In this document: positions 11,392 through 25,134 of the stretch, one piece after another
Numbering within the stretch: the first letter of the stretch is position 1
Layout of the letters: each line of letters opens with the position of its first letter
Assembly: GCA_951406725.2 (NCBI GenBank)
Contig: OX597820.1
Location: 128,216,001-128,280,000, forward strand
Direction of reading: 5' to 3'
Length of the DNA: 64,000 bases
Source of the DNA: Octopus vulgaris
Lineage: Eukaryota
The notes under the pieces: model-generated
Database searches by the model: none
What the model saw: the letters and a program-made list of their open reading frames with translations, nothing else
What the model was told of the DNA's origin: nothing
Program-made: the position numbers and the translations under genes

Positions 11392-12559
11392 CCATAGGGG
11401 CGACACAGAAGTGGACACCAAAAGACATGGGGACATAAAACATTTATAATTAAACTTTATGGAAAATGAATTGTTAAACGAAAAAATGAGAAAATGAAAG
11501 TGATACCAACGGCCCCATCCGTCAGCATCACTTACCTGTCCTTTGTTTTTCATCGTCCCTTGAATGTTCTTTGCCAATACGAATAAATTCCATATCCATT
11601 CTTACTCCGAAATACTCATCCATATTTTCCACGAATTCATCGCTCATTCTTATATCTTTCACCTCCCAATTCTCCCTTTCACACCTCACCATAAACTCAC
11701 CTATGTTCTTCTTTTCAATCACAGCATACCTAGTCTCACCCACTTCATACCATTTATACTCTTCCATTAGACTTTTAACTTCTTTCTGTTCAGTCATAGT
11801 ACAAATGTACGGCCTGATATCGACTTCAATCTCTTGTCTGTGTGTGTATTCTTTTTTTTTTCTTTTGTTTTCTTGTTGGGGGGGAGCGGGTGGGTTCAAT
11901 GTCTGCATGGATAGGGTGGGACTCAGAGGGTGTGGGTGGTTTTGGGGTAGATTGGTGTTCCATAGTATTTTCTTTTTTTCCACGCATTCTTCTCTTCCTC
12001 TTATTTCCAGCTTCCTTCCATTTCTGTGTATTCTCTTCCTCTGTTTCCTTCTCCTCTGGTTTCTGCTTCTCTCTCTCTGGTTCGGAATCCATTTCTTTCC
12101 TGGGTGTCGGTGATAGTTCCACCTCACCGCTTTCCTTTTTCATGTATTTCTGGTAACTTGGCAACTTGGCCATGTCTACCCCTTTCTCTTCCGCCTTCTT
12201 GGTTACACCGGCATAGGTATAACCCAGCTTCTCTTCCAAATTCCTTGCTGCCATTTCTAGCTCTTTCTCAGACGTAGGCAGGTCTGATATAGACTCGAAA
12301 ATTCCAGCCTTTTCTTCCATCAGCTTCATTGTAATTGCCTGTTCCAGTTCCTCATCTGTCGTGGACAAGTCTGTTAGCGACTCATAGTCCACTTCCCTCC
12401 GTCTGACAGACCGAAAACGGCCGCCAAAACAGAAAAAGTGCAACGCGCTGAACGAGCGAAACGCGAAACCGCGTCAACGCCGTTCAGAACTTCCACAACA
12501 ACAACAACCCTTTTTGTTCTTTTTTACCGAATTTTCAGCAGCCGAAAAAAACACAACCC
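11392..12559 (-). mobile_element. ORF1-only non-autonomous Tx1 relative (internally deleted ORF1)
   Basis: 5' UTR clearly homologous to 34076-34232. ORF pieces 11826-12443 and 11528-12127 (KLPSYQKYMKKESGEVEL) lack the central knuckle region. 3' tail GTCGCCCCTATGGGTA; possible TSD TTTTTCTCTAC at ~11380 and ~12560. Confidence 0.8.
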
Positions 12560-13254
12560 TTTTTCTCTACATTGTATACTTTATAGACAATAGTCTTTTC
12601 TTTAATTTAATTTTTTATTATCTATCTGGACTATTCCATTTCTGCACGCTAATTTTATTTTTAATTTATTCCCATTCATGTGAAACCACTTATTCAAGTT
12701 CAAGTCATTGATGCAATTTTATACCAATTGCTATTTTTACTTTTTTATGTTACGATTATATTATACTTTAGTTTGATTTTAATTATTACTTACTACATAT
12801 AATTCAATTGTTATTATTATTTTTATTGTTAAAGTGAAAGTATCTGACATAAAATAGAGAAATGTTTTTGTTTCACTTTTAACACGTAATACTGAAATAG
12901 TGGAGAAGATATGATATTATTATGGGCTCGCTCTAGGCAAGAAGTTGAACATTTTTTTTGCCCATGAAACTACATGGACCCTAAGTAAGGCATGTGTAAA
13001 ATTTGAATGAAATTGGTTGTGTAGTTCTCAAGTTTTAGGGAAATACACAGACAGACAGACAGACACACATTCTCAGTTTTATATATATAATAAAGATATA
13101 TATTAAGCACTATGTTGGGTTTTGTTAAGCGCGTGACCCTCCGATCAGTGGAAGAAAATTGCCTTGCATGAAACCAGTGGTACTAAAAAGGTCAGAGCTG
13201 CTGCTGCAGATGATCAGAATGTCACGTCATTATCCTAGGGGATGTCTTCCAGTA

Positions 13255-14151
13255 CAGGGTGGAGCAGAGAAGACGGACATTCTGAAATACTCACAAAATC
13301 ATTTATTTTAGCTGCAAACAAATTGTATTGACAATAATGTGTTCGTATTGAAATAGCATTTGTCAAAGTCAAATGCGGCGTCCGTTTTCGTTGATGTATT
13401 TCTGAAGGCGTTCTTGGAAGTTGGCCTCCACTCTCTCCTGCATCGCACTGTTGATTTGGGCGACATTGCTCTCTCGGATTATCAAGAGCCCAATAACGAC
13501 AATTCTGTTGATTCACCATGCCATAGAGATGAAAATGAGCTTCATCACTCATTAAGAAAATGAGGTTGTCATTTGCCTCAAAAATTGCTTCCATCTGACG
13601 GGCGAAGTTAAGCCGCTGTGCATAGTCCCATGGTTTCAACTGTTACCCAATGACCAATTTGTACGGGTGGAAATGCAGGTCTGCATGCAAAATACTCCTT
13701 ACCGTTCGATTACCGATACCAACTTCAGTGGAATGCCTCTGAGCAGAGCGATTCGGATTCCGTATCAAAGCTTGTCTGACGCGTTCCACATTTTCGGGCA
13801 CGGTACCGTTCGCGGTGCCCCCACCGGTCTCCTATTCATTGGTGTACCTCGTAAATAAAGCGCATTCCCCCAACGTAAGAGTGTGTTATGGGTGAAAACA
13901 GTCGAATTTTGGTGAATGTTGAAGTGACGCCAAAACTCACGCCGAACTGCTGTGACAGACTCGTTATTCTTCACGTAACTATCGTAGGCAAACACGCGAT
14001 GCTCTATCGTCCACAGCGCCATCACTTCACCTGAAAAGAAAAAAAATACTAAGAGACCACTGACCGAATGGTACCTGTCGGACATGTGTCCCTCCCACTG
14101 GGGCTGAGTAACAGCCATTTCAAAAACGTCCGTCCTCTCTGCCCCACTCTG
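13255..14151 (-). mobile_element. Defective mariner-type (Tc1/mariner superfamily) DNA transposon
   Basis: Imperfect TIRs CAGGGTGGAGCAGAGAAGACGGAC / GTCCGTCCTCTCTGCCCCACTCTG; TA on the left; fragments WTIEHRVFAYDSY..SVTAVRREF and LMSDEAHFHL..N.QNCRYW. Confidence 0.85.
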
Positions 14152-14899
14152 AACAAGTAAAGCCTTCTGGTACACATAAACATTCAATAAGAGAGGAAAC
14201 TATTTTAACATATCTTTTGTCATGACCAGCCAAAAAATTTGTCCTGAGTAGTCTTCATGACAGCTAAAATATTACGAGTGTTTCTATATTTTTATTCACA
14301 CTCAGTAAAAGAAACCCAAAATGTGGTAACACATTGAAATTTGTTACCAAATATTTTTTGCATTTTGATTCTTAATGTTTGAACATTAAGTTTGACATTT
14401 TACTGAGCACTAAAAAATATTCACGGTCATTTCACACGTCACATTAAACATACTCGGTAATCTATGGGAATCAGGGTAAGTTTGGTACATTTGATTATTT
14501 TATGTTTTATCTTGAAGTTTTGGGATATTTTAGTATACCTAAATGTTCCGTAAATTACTGTAGCTCCATACAGGTGTCTGCATTACATATTTACATACCT
14601 ACATATCTAATATACATATATTATTCATGTAGATATACACACATAGAAGCACGCATTTACACCACGCACAAGCACACACGCATTTGTATATAATGTTATA
14701 CATATGTGTGTGTGTGTATTTATATGTGTGTCTGTATAACTGTCTGTCTGTATGTATGTATATATGTATATTAAATGATGCAGGTATGAAAACTTGCATT
14801 CATGTCTTTACGTTTCACTGAATCTAAGTTTTCATGTATGTATCATTTAATTAATATAGTCCACTATTCCGACGGCCTACCTCATTTGTGGTCACACAA

Positions 14900-15008
<109 letters not shown>

Positions 15009-15014
15009 CGCTAA

Positions 15015-15072
<58 letters not shown>

Positions 15073-15591
15073 TTAGCTATATTAACAACAGCACCGCAGT
15101 GTCTGTGGTCACGTCACCATACGAAGTTAATGTATCCAGCTGTAAATGTGTACGGTGTGAAAACGCTGTTTTCGTAATCAAATGAGCGTCAACGCTTCTG
15201 TACCAATATCCTTTAATCAATAATATTAAAACAATAATAGGAAATGTCTGTCGGCTTTCATCATACCTACGGCTGCATATATATGTGTGTATATGAATGT
15301 AGATATATGTGTGTGTGTGAGTGTATGTATGTGTGTGTAGCTACATATAATTATGCATACATATATATATATATATATATATACACCTACACACACATAT
15401 ATGCATACACATTCGCATTGTGTGTGTATGTGTGTGTGTATACGTATGATTGCTAATTTAAGGATATTATTTTAAATTAAGCTTAATATATACAGAACAT
15501 TTACGAATGCAGAGACTCCATACTAAAAATAGAATCAAATTTATTAGAAAATGTATCAGGATGAAACTTAAACTCCAAGTCAAAACGAATT

Positions 15592-15646
<55 letters not shown>

Positions 15647-15679
15647 CACCCACAGATACATCTATATATAATAACAAAA

Positions 15680-17040
15680 AGGGAGGATTTTCGATTATTT
15701 CCACGTGGTGAGTTGTGGTGCAAAAAGTATGTTTAAAAGAAAATAAGGAAAATGCACACACTTCACATAGTTTTAATATATTTTTTTATATATTTTGTAC
15801 TATGTTTGTCGACCGGTTTCGCTTTCGCTAATAAGGACTTTAGTCCATGTTGTGTGTGGAGAAATTTGTGAATGAATGATTCAATAAGTAGAAAAATCTA
15901 AGGGGAGGTAATTGACGATCGTTATTATTGGAAACAAGGGAGGTAATTGCTTGTCTATCGGGGAGGGGATAAATAAATATATATACACAAAAACTTAAAA
16001 GATAGAGTAGTGAGATTAAATATGTATATTGGTGGGTATGTGATCAAAATATATACTGAAACCAAAGTTCGTTATGCGTTCATATTTAGACGTGTTTTGT
16101 ACTTTTCGATGAAAAACATTTTTTTATTTAAACGTTCTTGTATAGAAATTGCTTTTTGCACTGGTAGAGGGGAAAACTGTGAAGTTTGGTTGGATATTAG
16201 CTGCACATGTCTCTGTGTGTTCACTCAAAGGAATCAGTCTGTATTGCGGGATCCGGATCTGTCCCTTATGTAGTGTGCTTCTCCGTTTCAGTGTCATACT
16301 TGTCTGTCCTATATAGTTATTTCCACAACCTGAGCAAGTTATAACATAAATTAGATTCTCGGAAACACAACTAAAGCTGGTTTTAATTGTGAACCTCTCT
16401 CCTTGTTTGAGTAGGAATTCTGAACCTTCCAGTAGGTTGGGGCATGTTCCACAGTTTGGGCGTCCACATTTTTTAACCGTTGGTTTCGTGATTGATGTAT
16501 AAAGCTTCGCATTTGTTGGGAGTCTTTTCAGCGATTTGTGTTGCTTTTTACATTTGATGAATTTGTGTTTCCAGAATGCTTTTCATTTTTGGATCTCTAG
16601 TGAGCATAGGTAGATTTTATACAATAGTGTTGTATGCCTCGTTGTTTCTAGGCTTGTGAGCTGATATATACAGTAGTGTTTTGAGATGAGGTGTAATGTT
16701 ACGTTTTGTTGCCTCTAGTGTTTTAATGTCTAATTTCTTAGCACGCTTAATTCCATCGTCTATGAGTGAAGCTGGATATCGTCTTTCACTTAATATTGTT
16801 CTGAAGTCTTGAAGACAAAGGTCCCGAGTATTTCTATCAGACACTAGTGTGAAAATCCTTTTTGCTAAATTAGAGGGGATATTTCTTTTTATGTGTTTCG
16901 GGTGGCATGAGCTAAACAGGAGGTATTGCTTTGAGTTCGATGGTTTATGATAAATGTCAGTTATAATTTGGTTGTTGACTTTTTTATCATAATATCCAAG
17001 ACAGCGAGCTATTCTTTGCCTATATTCCATTGTAAATTGA
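15680..17040 (-). mobile_element. 5'-truncated Penelope-like element (RT thumb + GIY-YIG relic + 3' repeat)
   Basis: TDIYHKPSNSKQYLLFSSCHPKHIKRNIP; CGRPNCGTCPNLLEGSEF; YIGQT. Homologous to 39270-40260. Confidence 0.88.
15808..15838 (-). ncRNA. Degenerate minimal type I hammerhead ribozyme
   Basis: GUC-CUUAUUA-GC(GAAA)GC-GAAA-CCGG-UC-GAC. Two core substitutions, so probably inactive. Confidence 0.55.
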
Positions 17041-18189
17041 ATAGTGTACTAACCTATGATCGTCGAAACTATACAAGCACGTCTGATTACTGTACTATCC
17101 GAGCCTGAAACTTAGAGTAGCGCACATTTAAATCATGCTGACTAAATCAACGCCAGTGTATGCCTGGTATTTTATTTTGTCGAATTTGTAAAGATGAGCA
17201 GCAATATCTAGATTTGAAGTCAAAATATAAAATGAAGTAACTAAACACGCGAAGGCATTTCGTCCAGCGTCCTGTCATTTCTGTCAATGTACCACCTGTT
17301 TTTTATGAATAATTGGATAATGTACAGAGAAGTATTCAATCTATCTTTCTCCCCGTTCGCCGTCTCTGTATTAGTCTGTATGATATCGTAAGAAAAAAAG
17401 AGTATGAGTGAAGGTATTTACATGTGTTTTATGTGGGAACATGTATGTATGTCTTATGACTATAAAATGACGGGTGCATATAGATCACTGTAAATATTAC
17501 ATCTCGCAAATTCGTAACCTAACTCCACCCACTAAAGCCCATAACAGCCAATTTTTATTGATTTTTCTCCCATTTCATATTCACCTTCGGCTGATTTCAG
17601 GCATGTCCCTACTGTGTTCTTGTGATATTCTATTGTTTTGAAATAGTGTTTCATCTGATGATTAAGGTTTTTTGAAGTGGTATAACGTTCTCATTCTTCT
17701 ATTAAAAAATGCGTAAGAAACATCTGTAATGGACTGACATTTATCCATCGTCTGTCATTATTTACTTGCTTGTAATAGGGATTCATGACAATCGAATTCA
17801 TAGGGAATTCATGACACGTCCGACATCCTGGAGTACACCAAACAACGTATGAACAACACAACGTGTACTCTGGAGCAGCCCCTACGCGCTTAATACTCGT
17901 CGGGATGGTTTTCTCTGTGTGCACAACCTGAATATCCTACTGGATATTTAATTGACCAAAGGTGGTGAAAACAGGTTTATCCAACCCTACCTGGTGCATA
18001 TTCTTTTAAGTACCTGATTCTATCACGAATCCTTATCATTATTATTATATATATGCACACACACATACACACACACACACACACACATCTACATCTATAT
18101 CTATCTATGTATCTATATTTACCTGGTAATATATATACGGATTGCTTGAGGCTCACTTTGTTCCTACACCTCGATTCTTAGATTTTACA

Positions 18190-18249
<60 letters not shown>

Positions 18250-18252
<3 letters not shown>

Positions 18253-18913
18253 ATGCAATACGAGAGTATTGCTTTCCAGTAAAGAATTGCCCGTGAGGGA
18301 AAATTATACATAAAAGCAAATAAATGGCACAACGAAGTACCGATATTTACTGGAAAATAGCGAACGTAATAAATACGATGCTAATGTATAGCTTCACTGC
18401 GTATGTACTAGCAAAAATGCGTGTATGCAACAAACTTGAAAAAAATTGTCTTACCTCCAGGAAGAACATCTGAAAGATGAAATACCTAGAAAGGGATAAT
18501 ATGGTACCGGTTTCAGATTTTTCAAGATATGTCTGCCCACATATACTTGATTTATCTTCATCAGCCAACATATACCTCGACAACATTTCAAATGTTGCCA
18601 CATCTATGCCAATACACTCGACTGAACGCCAAAACATTGACAGAACGAGAACAGTGAAGAAGTTTCAATAAAAATAGTAACGCAATACGAGAGTATTGCT
18701 TTCCAGTAAAGAATAGCCCGTGAGGGAAAATTATACATAAAAGCAAATAAATGGCACAACGAAGTACCGATATTTACTGGAAAATAGCGAACGTAATAAA
18801 TACGACGCTAATGTATAGTACATACGCAGTGAAGCTATACATTAGCGTCGTATTTATTTCGTTCGCTATTTTCCAGTAAATATCGATACTTCGTTGTGCC
18901 ATTTATTTGCTTT

Positions 18914-18915
<2 letters not shown>
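18250..18915 (-). mobile_element. HHR-containing mini-element: 427-bp monomer + partial tandem copy + inverted terminal copy, inside (TA)n
   Basis: Direct repeat starts at 18250 and 18677; 18818-18913 is the reverse complement of ~18312-18408; (TA)n on both sides. Confidence 0.8.
18502..18567 (-). ncRNA. Type I hammerhead ribozyme with extended stem II
   Basis: UGG-CUGAUGA-AGAU[..UCAAG-UAUAUGU-GGGCAG-ACAUAU-CUUGA..]AUCU-GAAA-CCGG-UA|CCA. Confidence 0.85.
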
Positions 18916-18977
<62 letters not shown>

Positions 18978-19607
18978 CTCATGTGTGTGTGTACGTGTGT
19001 CTGAATATATATATTAATATATGCATGTATATATGTATGTATTTTATATGCAAACATATACATATATGCATGTATTAATATATGCAGAGAGATATAGGCA
19101 CACGAATATTCTATGGACGATATTTATACATCTCTTGCTGGTGTTGCATACATATACAAATGCATACTGACACGTACTTCTGTATACGTACATGCGCATA
19201 CATTCATGCATATCTACATTTACACATAAACATACGTATATATACATGTATACATACATCTATTAGCATATACGCGCACACAGAGATATATACTTACAAG
19301 CTTCCAAATATACATTTATACATACATATCTCTCTATATATATAACCCATACTTATATATTCGTATATACCTGGGGCCACCGTGCTTCAAGTTCGACCAG
19401 GCATCTGCACATACATGCACTTGCTTTCGTAATAACTGGCCGTTATCCATGAGTGTAAATCTCCCCATTTACGCCAGCGATGTTTATCCAAGTATATTAC
19501 CACCGACTTGAGACGATACAATTTGGCACGGCTATTGTCGCAGTACATTCATACACATATGCGCACGCACGCTCGTACATACGATCATACATACATCTAT
19601 ATCTATA

Positions 19608-19651
<44 letters not shown>

Positions 19652-19654
<3 letters not shown>

Positions 19655-21060
19655 TTGAGGCCAAAATGTTCAGAACGGCATTGTTTTCGGCAGAAAAGTA
19701 GGTATAAGTTTTTATTAAAGTTGTTTTATATTCTATAATTTTCAGACAATAAATACAATATCAATTGTTGTCTGAGAGTTTGGTGTAATTTGAGAGGATA
19801 ATACAAAAGTTATGGATGATTTAGTGATTTACTGCAAAACCCATAGCGGCCAAAATGATCAGAACGGTTGAAAAAATAACAAAATAATCAAAAATGACAG
19901 AGAATACTGGAATTATTTAATATTTAGTGTGAAGCCCTTTAGCTTCAATCACACTCTGACGTCTTCGACTGCATGAGGAAATTAAATTTTCAATTTCTTG
20001 CTGGGTGATCTTATTCCATTCTTTCTGATGGGCATTCCATAATTGCTCAGTTGTTTTAGGAGAATATTCCACACATTTTCAATAGGATTGAGATCTGCGC
20101 TTTGAGCTGGTCAATCCATAACAATAACCTTTTCAGCCTTGAGGAAGTTCATGACCACCTTAGCCTTGTGACATGGGGCATTGTCCTGCATGAATATGGG
20201 TTGTCGCTTAGTTGAATTTCTCAGCACAGGCAAGACATGATCTTTTACAAGTTGTTTATAAACTCCTGCATTTAACTTTCCATGTAATCGCACCAAAGGG
20301 CCCACACCATCTCCAGATATCATTCCCCAAACCATGACACTACCTCCACCGAATTTAACACTAGTCTTAAGGCATTTAGGCAACAATTTTTCACCTACTT
20401 TTCTACGAACGTAACTTTTCTCATCTGATCCAAATAGCCTAAACTTAGATTCATCTCTGAAATGCACCGTTTGCCATTTTTCTTGAGACCACAACACATG
20501 TTCGGTTGCAAAAGTAAGACGACACTTTTTATTCTTGGAGCTGATCAGCGGCTTCACTGCAGGTGCTCTTGCTTGTAGGTCATGTTCAACTAAAGGACGA
20601 GACACAGTTTTTCGAGATAAAGTTTTCTTTAGTACAATGCTCATTTTCCGAGAAACAGCAGCAGCAGTTTTAAATCTGTCCTTTTTAACCAACTTTACCA
20701 TAGCACGATCTTCTCTCTTGGTCGTTTTTCTTGGCCTACCTGTAAACTTTCTTGCTTCACACGAACCACAATCATCGTAGACCTTAAGAATACCGTGTAC
20801 AACACTTCTTGACTTGTTAACAATCTTTGCAATAGAACCCAATACTTAAATTATCCTTCCTTCGAAGCTTAATAATCTGCTGACGAATTGGTAACGGAGT
20901 AAGTGGCATTATATTAACAAAGTACACTGCAAATATTCTTACTAATGTTTAGTAAACGAACCATCACATAAACAAATTCAAAACATTAGAGTCCGCCGGT
21001 TAAATATACTAAAACACGGAGTAAAAGTAACCGTTCTGATCATTTTGGCCGCCATGGGAT
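19652..21060 (-). mobile_element. Tc1-like transposon (IR/DR-type ends), defective
   Basis: TA-CAGTTGAGGCCAAAATGTTCAGAACGG outer repeat, inner repeat at ~19840, inverted repeat at ~21030-21057. The right outer end is missing. Confidence 0.88.
19920..20910 (-). pseudogene. Tc1 DD34E transposase, frameshifted, with stop
   Basis: GRPRKTT, HFRDESKF, VKFGGGSVMVWG, FMQDNAPCHKAK, *PAQSADLNPIE (ORF 20111-20842). Confidence 0.92.
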
Positions 21061-21246
21061 TGCTAGTCCGACGCACGGTTGCTCATTCATATAGGTATAT
21101 TTATACATACATACATACATACATAAATTTATATATATTTCTTTATATACATACATACACACACATATACGTATGTATGAATGTAAGCGCATGTGCGTAC
21201 ATCTGTTATTACATACAGACATGTCTGTATGCTTGTATGTATATGC

Positions 21247-21305
<59 letters not shown>

Positions 21306-21761
21306 TGTATATATGCATATATATAAATATATATGCACGCGTGTGCATGCGTGTCGGCGCACGCGTGTCCGATTTCTGTCCGATTCCGATGTTTAATGAA
21401 TATTGGTCCATCTCTGATGTAAATCTTAGATTTTAATTAAACTTTTTTTCAATAATTGATCCTTAACGAAACACAGAAACTGCTGAAACAATATCAGTAT
21501 CGACAACAATAACAACAAACAACAACCACAACAACAACAATAATAAAAACAATTATAGTATAAATATAAATCAACAAAAATAAATTCCTGCATATTTAGT
21601 GCACTGACAAGTATTGATGACCTAAATTACATGAAAATTAATTACATTTATTGATGGGGTTTTGTTTTCTACGAGAGACTTTCTCTTTTTTAATTCTGAA
21701 GTTTTGATATGTATTATTATAGACAGAGTGTCTCCATTTCGTTTCTTCGGTTTACTCTATC

Positions 21762-21763
21762 TT

Positions 21764-21818
<55 letters not shown>

Positions 21819-21992
21819 TTTTCCCTCTCTTTCCCCATACATATATACTTACATAAACATATATACACTCGTGTCTGTATATATATATATGTATGTGTGT
21901 ATGTACGTATGCATGTATGTATGTATGTATGTATGTATGTATGTATGTATGTATGTATGTATGTATGTATGTATGTATGTATGTATGTATGT
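21762..21992. repeat. (CT)n and (TATG)n microsatellites
   Basis: Visible directly. Confidence 0.95.
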
Positions 21993-22974
21993 AGTAATGT
22001 ATACAGAGAGGGAGAGAGAGAGAAAGAAACGGACAATGTGTACATATGCTCATATATATGTATATTGCTTGCTACATAAATATACGGTGAGGGTGGGCGT
22101 GTATATGTATAAGCGAAGGTATGTGCTTATAACAGTGTCTTTGGCTATTTGTCTATGCGTGTGTGATTATGTTGGTTAACTGTAAACTAGTTCGTTTAAG
22201 AAGGGAAAACGCATTTCAGAAAACTTAGTTAACCTTCCCATTCAAACGAAGGGACAATTTCGTAAAGACGGCAATAGCTTCCTCTGCCTCACCTCCAGTA
22301 TAAGATATAAGAATCTGTCAAGATACTTGCATTTTCTCAGTATAAATTTTGGTGACGCATACCACCACCATTTTTATTCCTTACTCGATATGTTTTTATT
22401 GTTTTAAGAATAATCAAGATATAGCAGCAAATAAGACCAAAAGGTAAAACTTATGAATTATCGCCGCGTTTTTGACCTGCAGCAACCATGCTCAACATTA
22501 GCTCAGATTTTAGTTGGAGTTTCTTCTTGTTATCCTCTTGAAACCCTGAACATTAAAACAGTGTACCACTGGCGTCAGTCAGTGGAAATCCTTTGAAATA
22601 CATTGTGTTTTACGTAGTTTTGTGTTTTTTTCTTGTAATTGACTTTCATTGACGTTTTCTTGAACCAGAAGAGAGTAATGGAGAAAGAGAGAAAGAAGTG
22701 AGAGAGAAAGAAAGCTTGAGAAATAAATAAACGTATAAAGAAAAAGGGAATACTTTATTCTCTTTTTTTTTTTCTTTTTTATTTTAATGGAAAAATGTCA
22801 AAGATTGACTTCGAAGAAAAATAAAAGAGTATTCATCACCAACTCCAGCACCACAAGAAAAAAACGTTATCCGTTAAAAGGATTGCATAAAAGAGTTTTG
22901 GACAAGAAGCGATATCTACGAAAAGATGCTTGTTACTTTGTAGAAACTTTCAACTCAGCATTACATTCTGACTA

Positions 22975-23280
22975 AAGAAAAGGGAGGAGGAGAGGAGGAG
23001 AGGAGAGGAGGAGGGGAGGAGGGGAGGAGGGTGAGAGGGGAAGGGGGAAGGAGGGAGAGGAGGAGGGAAGGGAAGATGACGAGGGGGGAGGGGGAGTAAG
23101 GTTGGGGATGAGAGGAAGAGGTGGATTATGGAGAGGGGAGGGGAAGAGGGGAGGAATGGGATGAGATGGTGGATGATGAGGAAGAGGCGGAGGATAGGAA
23201 GGAGGAAGACGTGGAAGAGGGTAGAGAATAGGGAGGAGGAAGATAGAGAAATGGAGGAGGAGGAGGAAGAGGAGGAGTGC
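22975..23280 (+). repeat. Polypurine GGA/GAGG-rich tract
   Basis: About 300 bp of almost only G and A on the plus strand. Confidence 0.9.
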
Positions 23281-23499
23281 AGAATAGACAATTTATTCTT
23301 GGAGGAAATGATAAAATGTTTTATGTAAAAAGATTTAGAAATAGAAACGTCTTGAATTGCATTTGGAAGTAGAAAAATAGTAAAATAAACAGAACGAAAT
23401 ATAATAAGCATAAATGGAGAGAAGGATTGGACTAATGGCAAAATGATAGAAATACACAATTGATTAAGATACCATAACTATGGTGGCCACGGAACTTTT

Positions 23500-23520
23500 A
23501 TAGTAGTAGCAGTAGTAGTG

Positions 23521-23594
<74 letters not shown>

Positions 23595-23628
23595 GGTGGT
23601 AATAGTACTAGTAGTAGTAATAGTAGTA
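23500..23628. repeat. (GTA)n/(GTG)n trinucleotide repeat
   Basis: Visible directly. Confidence 0.95.
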
Positions 23629-24727
23629 AAAGGCCAAACGGCATTGGGTGTTATACCATCCATAAAACGTTGGAATGGCAATAAAATAAAATTTGTGAGA
23701 AAAAAAGCAGCATTTATGATATAGTTTTGCATTTGGAAGTTGTACTTTTCTGGCAGGTGATATAATCTGAGTTTCTATGTTGAAACTGGAACATAAAGCA
23801 CACATAAAGCCTTATATTTATTTTTGATATATTTGATAAAACTATTAAATGTTGTAATGCGAGAAACTATCAAAATATTTCGTCACACATCTATAACCTG
23901 CTTGGTAACATTATTTTCACAGCAATATTTATTTTTGATGTAGTGGATATAGTAAGATTCACTGGCGAGGTTGTAGGAGTTACGACGAAATGTTTTAACA
24001 CTTAAAAGCCGTAGTGGATCATTTATCGATCACGGCAGAGAACATTCAGTTGTATAGTCGTAAAAAATTAACGTGTAGGTGGCTGAGTGTGTTACACAGA
24101 CAAGCGTAATCTTAATGCCATTTACCTTAGCGACATCAGTATGACGTAATGTAACAAGGTTTGACTTTTGAATTATACGTATATTTTAGATTGGTACTTT
24201 ATTTAGCATCCCCAGGCGGATCAAAGGCAAAGTTGATATCGGTGTGATTTGAAATCAGAGCGCAAAGAACCGTAACGAATATTATAAAACATTCTTTTCG
24301 CCGCTCTAACGATTCTGTCAAATTAATTGTATTTAATACTAATGAAGGTAACTGTTGGTTACACGAGAAAATTTAGAAAGTCTAACTTCGGTCTTTGTGG
24401 CAGATCAGAGTCTGCTGAAATTGTAGAGACCGACTTAGGTGGTTCTCTTGTGTACCAGTCTTGCTTTGATGCTGTTTTCCATCAGTTTGGCCATTTTTCA
24501 TCGGTCAACCTTAGCCTCTCCTTTGCCTCTTTAAGCCATTATCTAAATCCAGTCTCCAGCGGGGGCGTTGGCCAACAATGTCTTCCCACCATCCGACGTT
24601 CATCATCCTTGAAACTAAAAAGTTGTTTTTGTGTCCTATTATTCCAAGCATAAACCACAACTCTCTCTCTCTTTGTATCTCTCTCTTTCACCCTCTCTCT
24701 CTCTGTCTCTCTCTCTCTCTGTCTCTC

Positions 24728-24787
<60 letters not shown>

Positions 24788-25134
24788 GTGAATATTCTGT
24801 AGTATCAGCGTCAAAAGTGTTTTGGCATAAGCGAACTTTAGGTTAGTTAAAATATGTATATGATATATTTCAACTTCTAAAGGCATATTTACTGCTGTTA
24901 GTGTAGATAAAAATGTCCCTTTTATCGTAAAAGGTGTAAAAGCACCATATCTGCCCAGTGTTGTCCTCTATCGGAAGCAGCGTTTCAAGCTCTTTGGGCT
25001 TTACCAATTGGAAATACCAAAGAGGGCTGACTCTGGCCTGATTTAAAGCCGTGGCTTTAACTAAAGAACAGTCAGCAACATTGACTAGCTTGCGCTATTA
25101 GACAACCATGACGGTTTAGCAGATAGATATTTTT

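Larger units (their letters stand above)
5705..13096 (-). mobile_element. Non-autonomous Helitron (family B) carrying nested Tx1-family insertions
   Basis: 3' CTAG at 5705-5708 with hairpin GACCCG-TCGTTGC-CGGGTC (5716-5734). Putative 5' end TCTTTATTATATATATAAAACTGAGAATGTGTGTCTGTCTG at ~13096. That the two ends belong together is inferred. Confidence 0.65.

Noticed and set aside
11530-11538. ACTTACCTG as a U1 snRNA gene or Tx1 snRNA target
   Set aside because: Only 9 nt match and no U1 body follows; better read as a splice donor on the element's sense strand.
11820-11870. Shared programmed frameshift in the two ORF1-only elements
   Set aside because: The frame changes at different positions in the two copies, in or near homopolymer runs, so decay or sequencing error is more likely.
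22950-23732. Poly-E, poly-S/P, poly-T and poly-V ORFs
   Set aside because: Derived from purine tracts and (GTA)n repeats.
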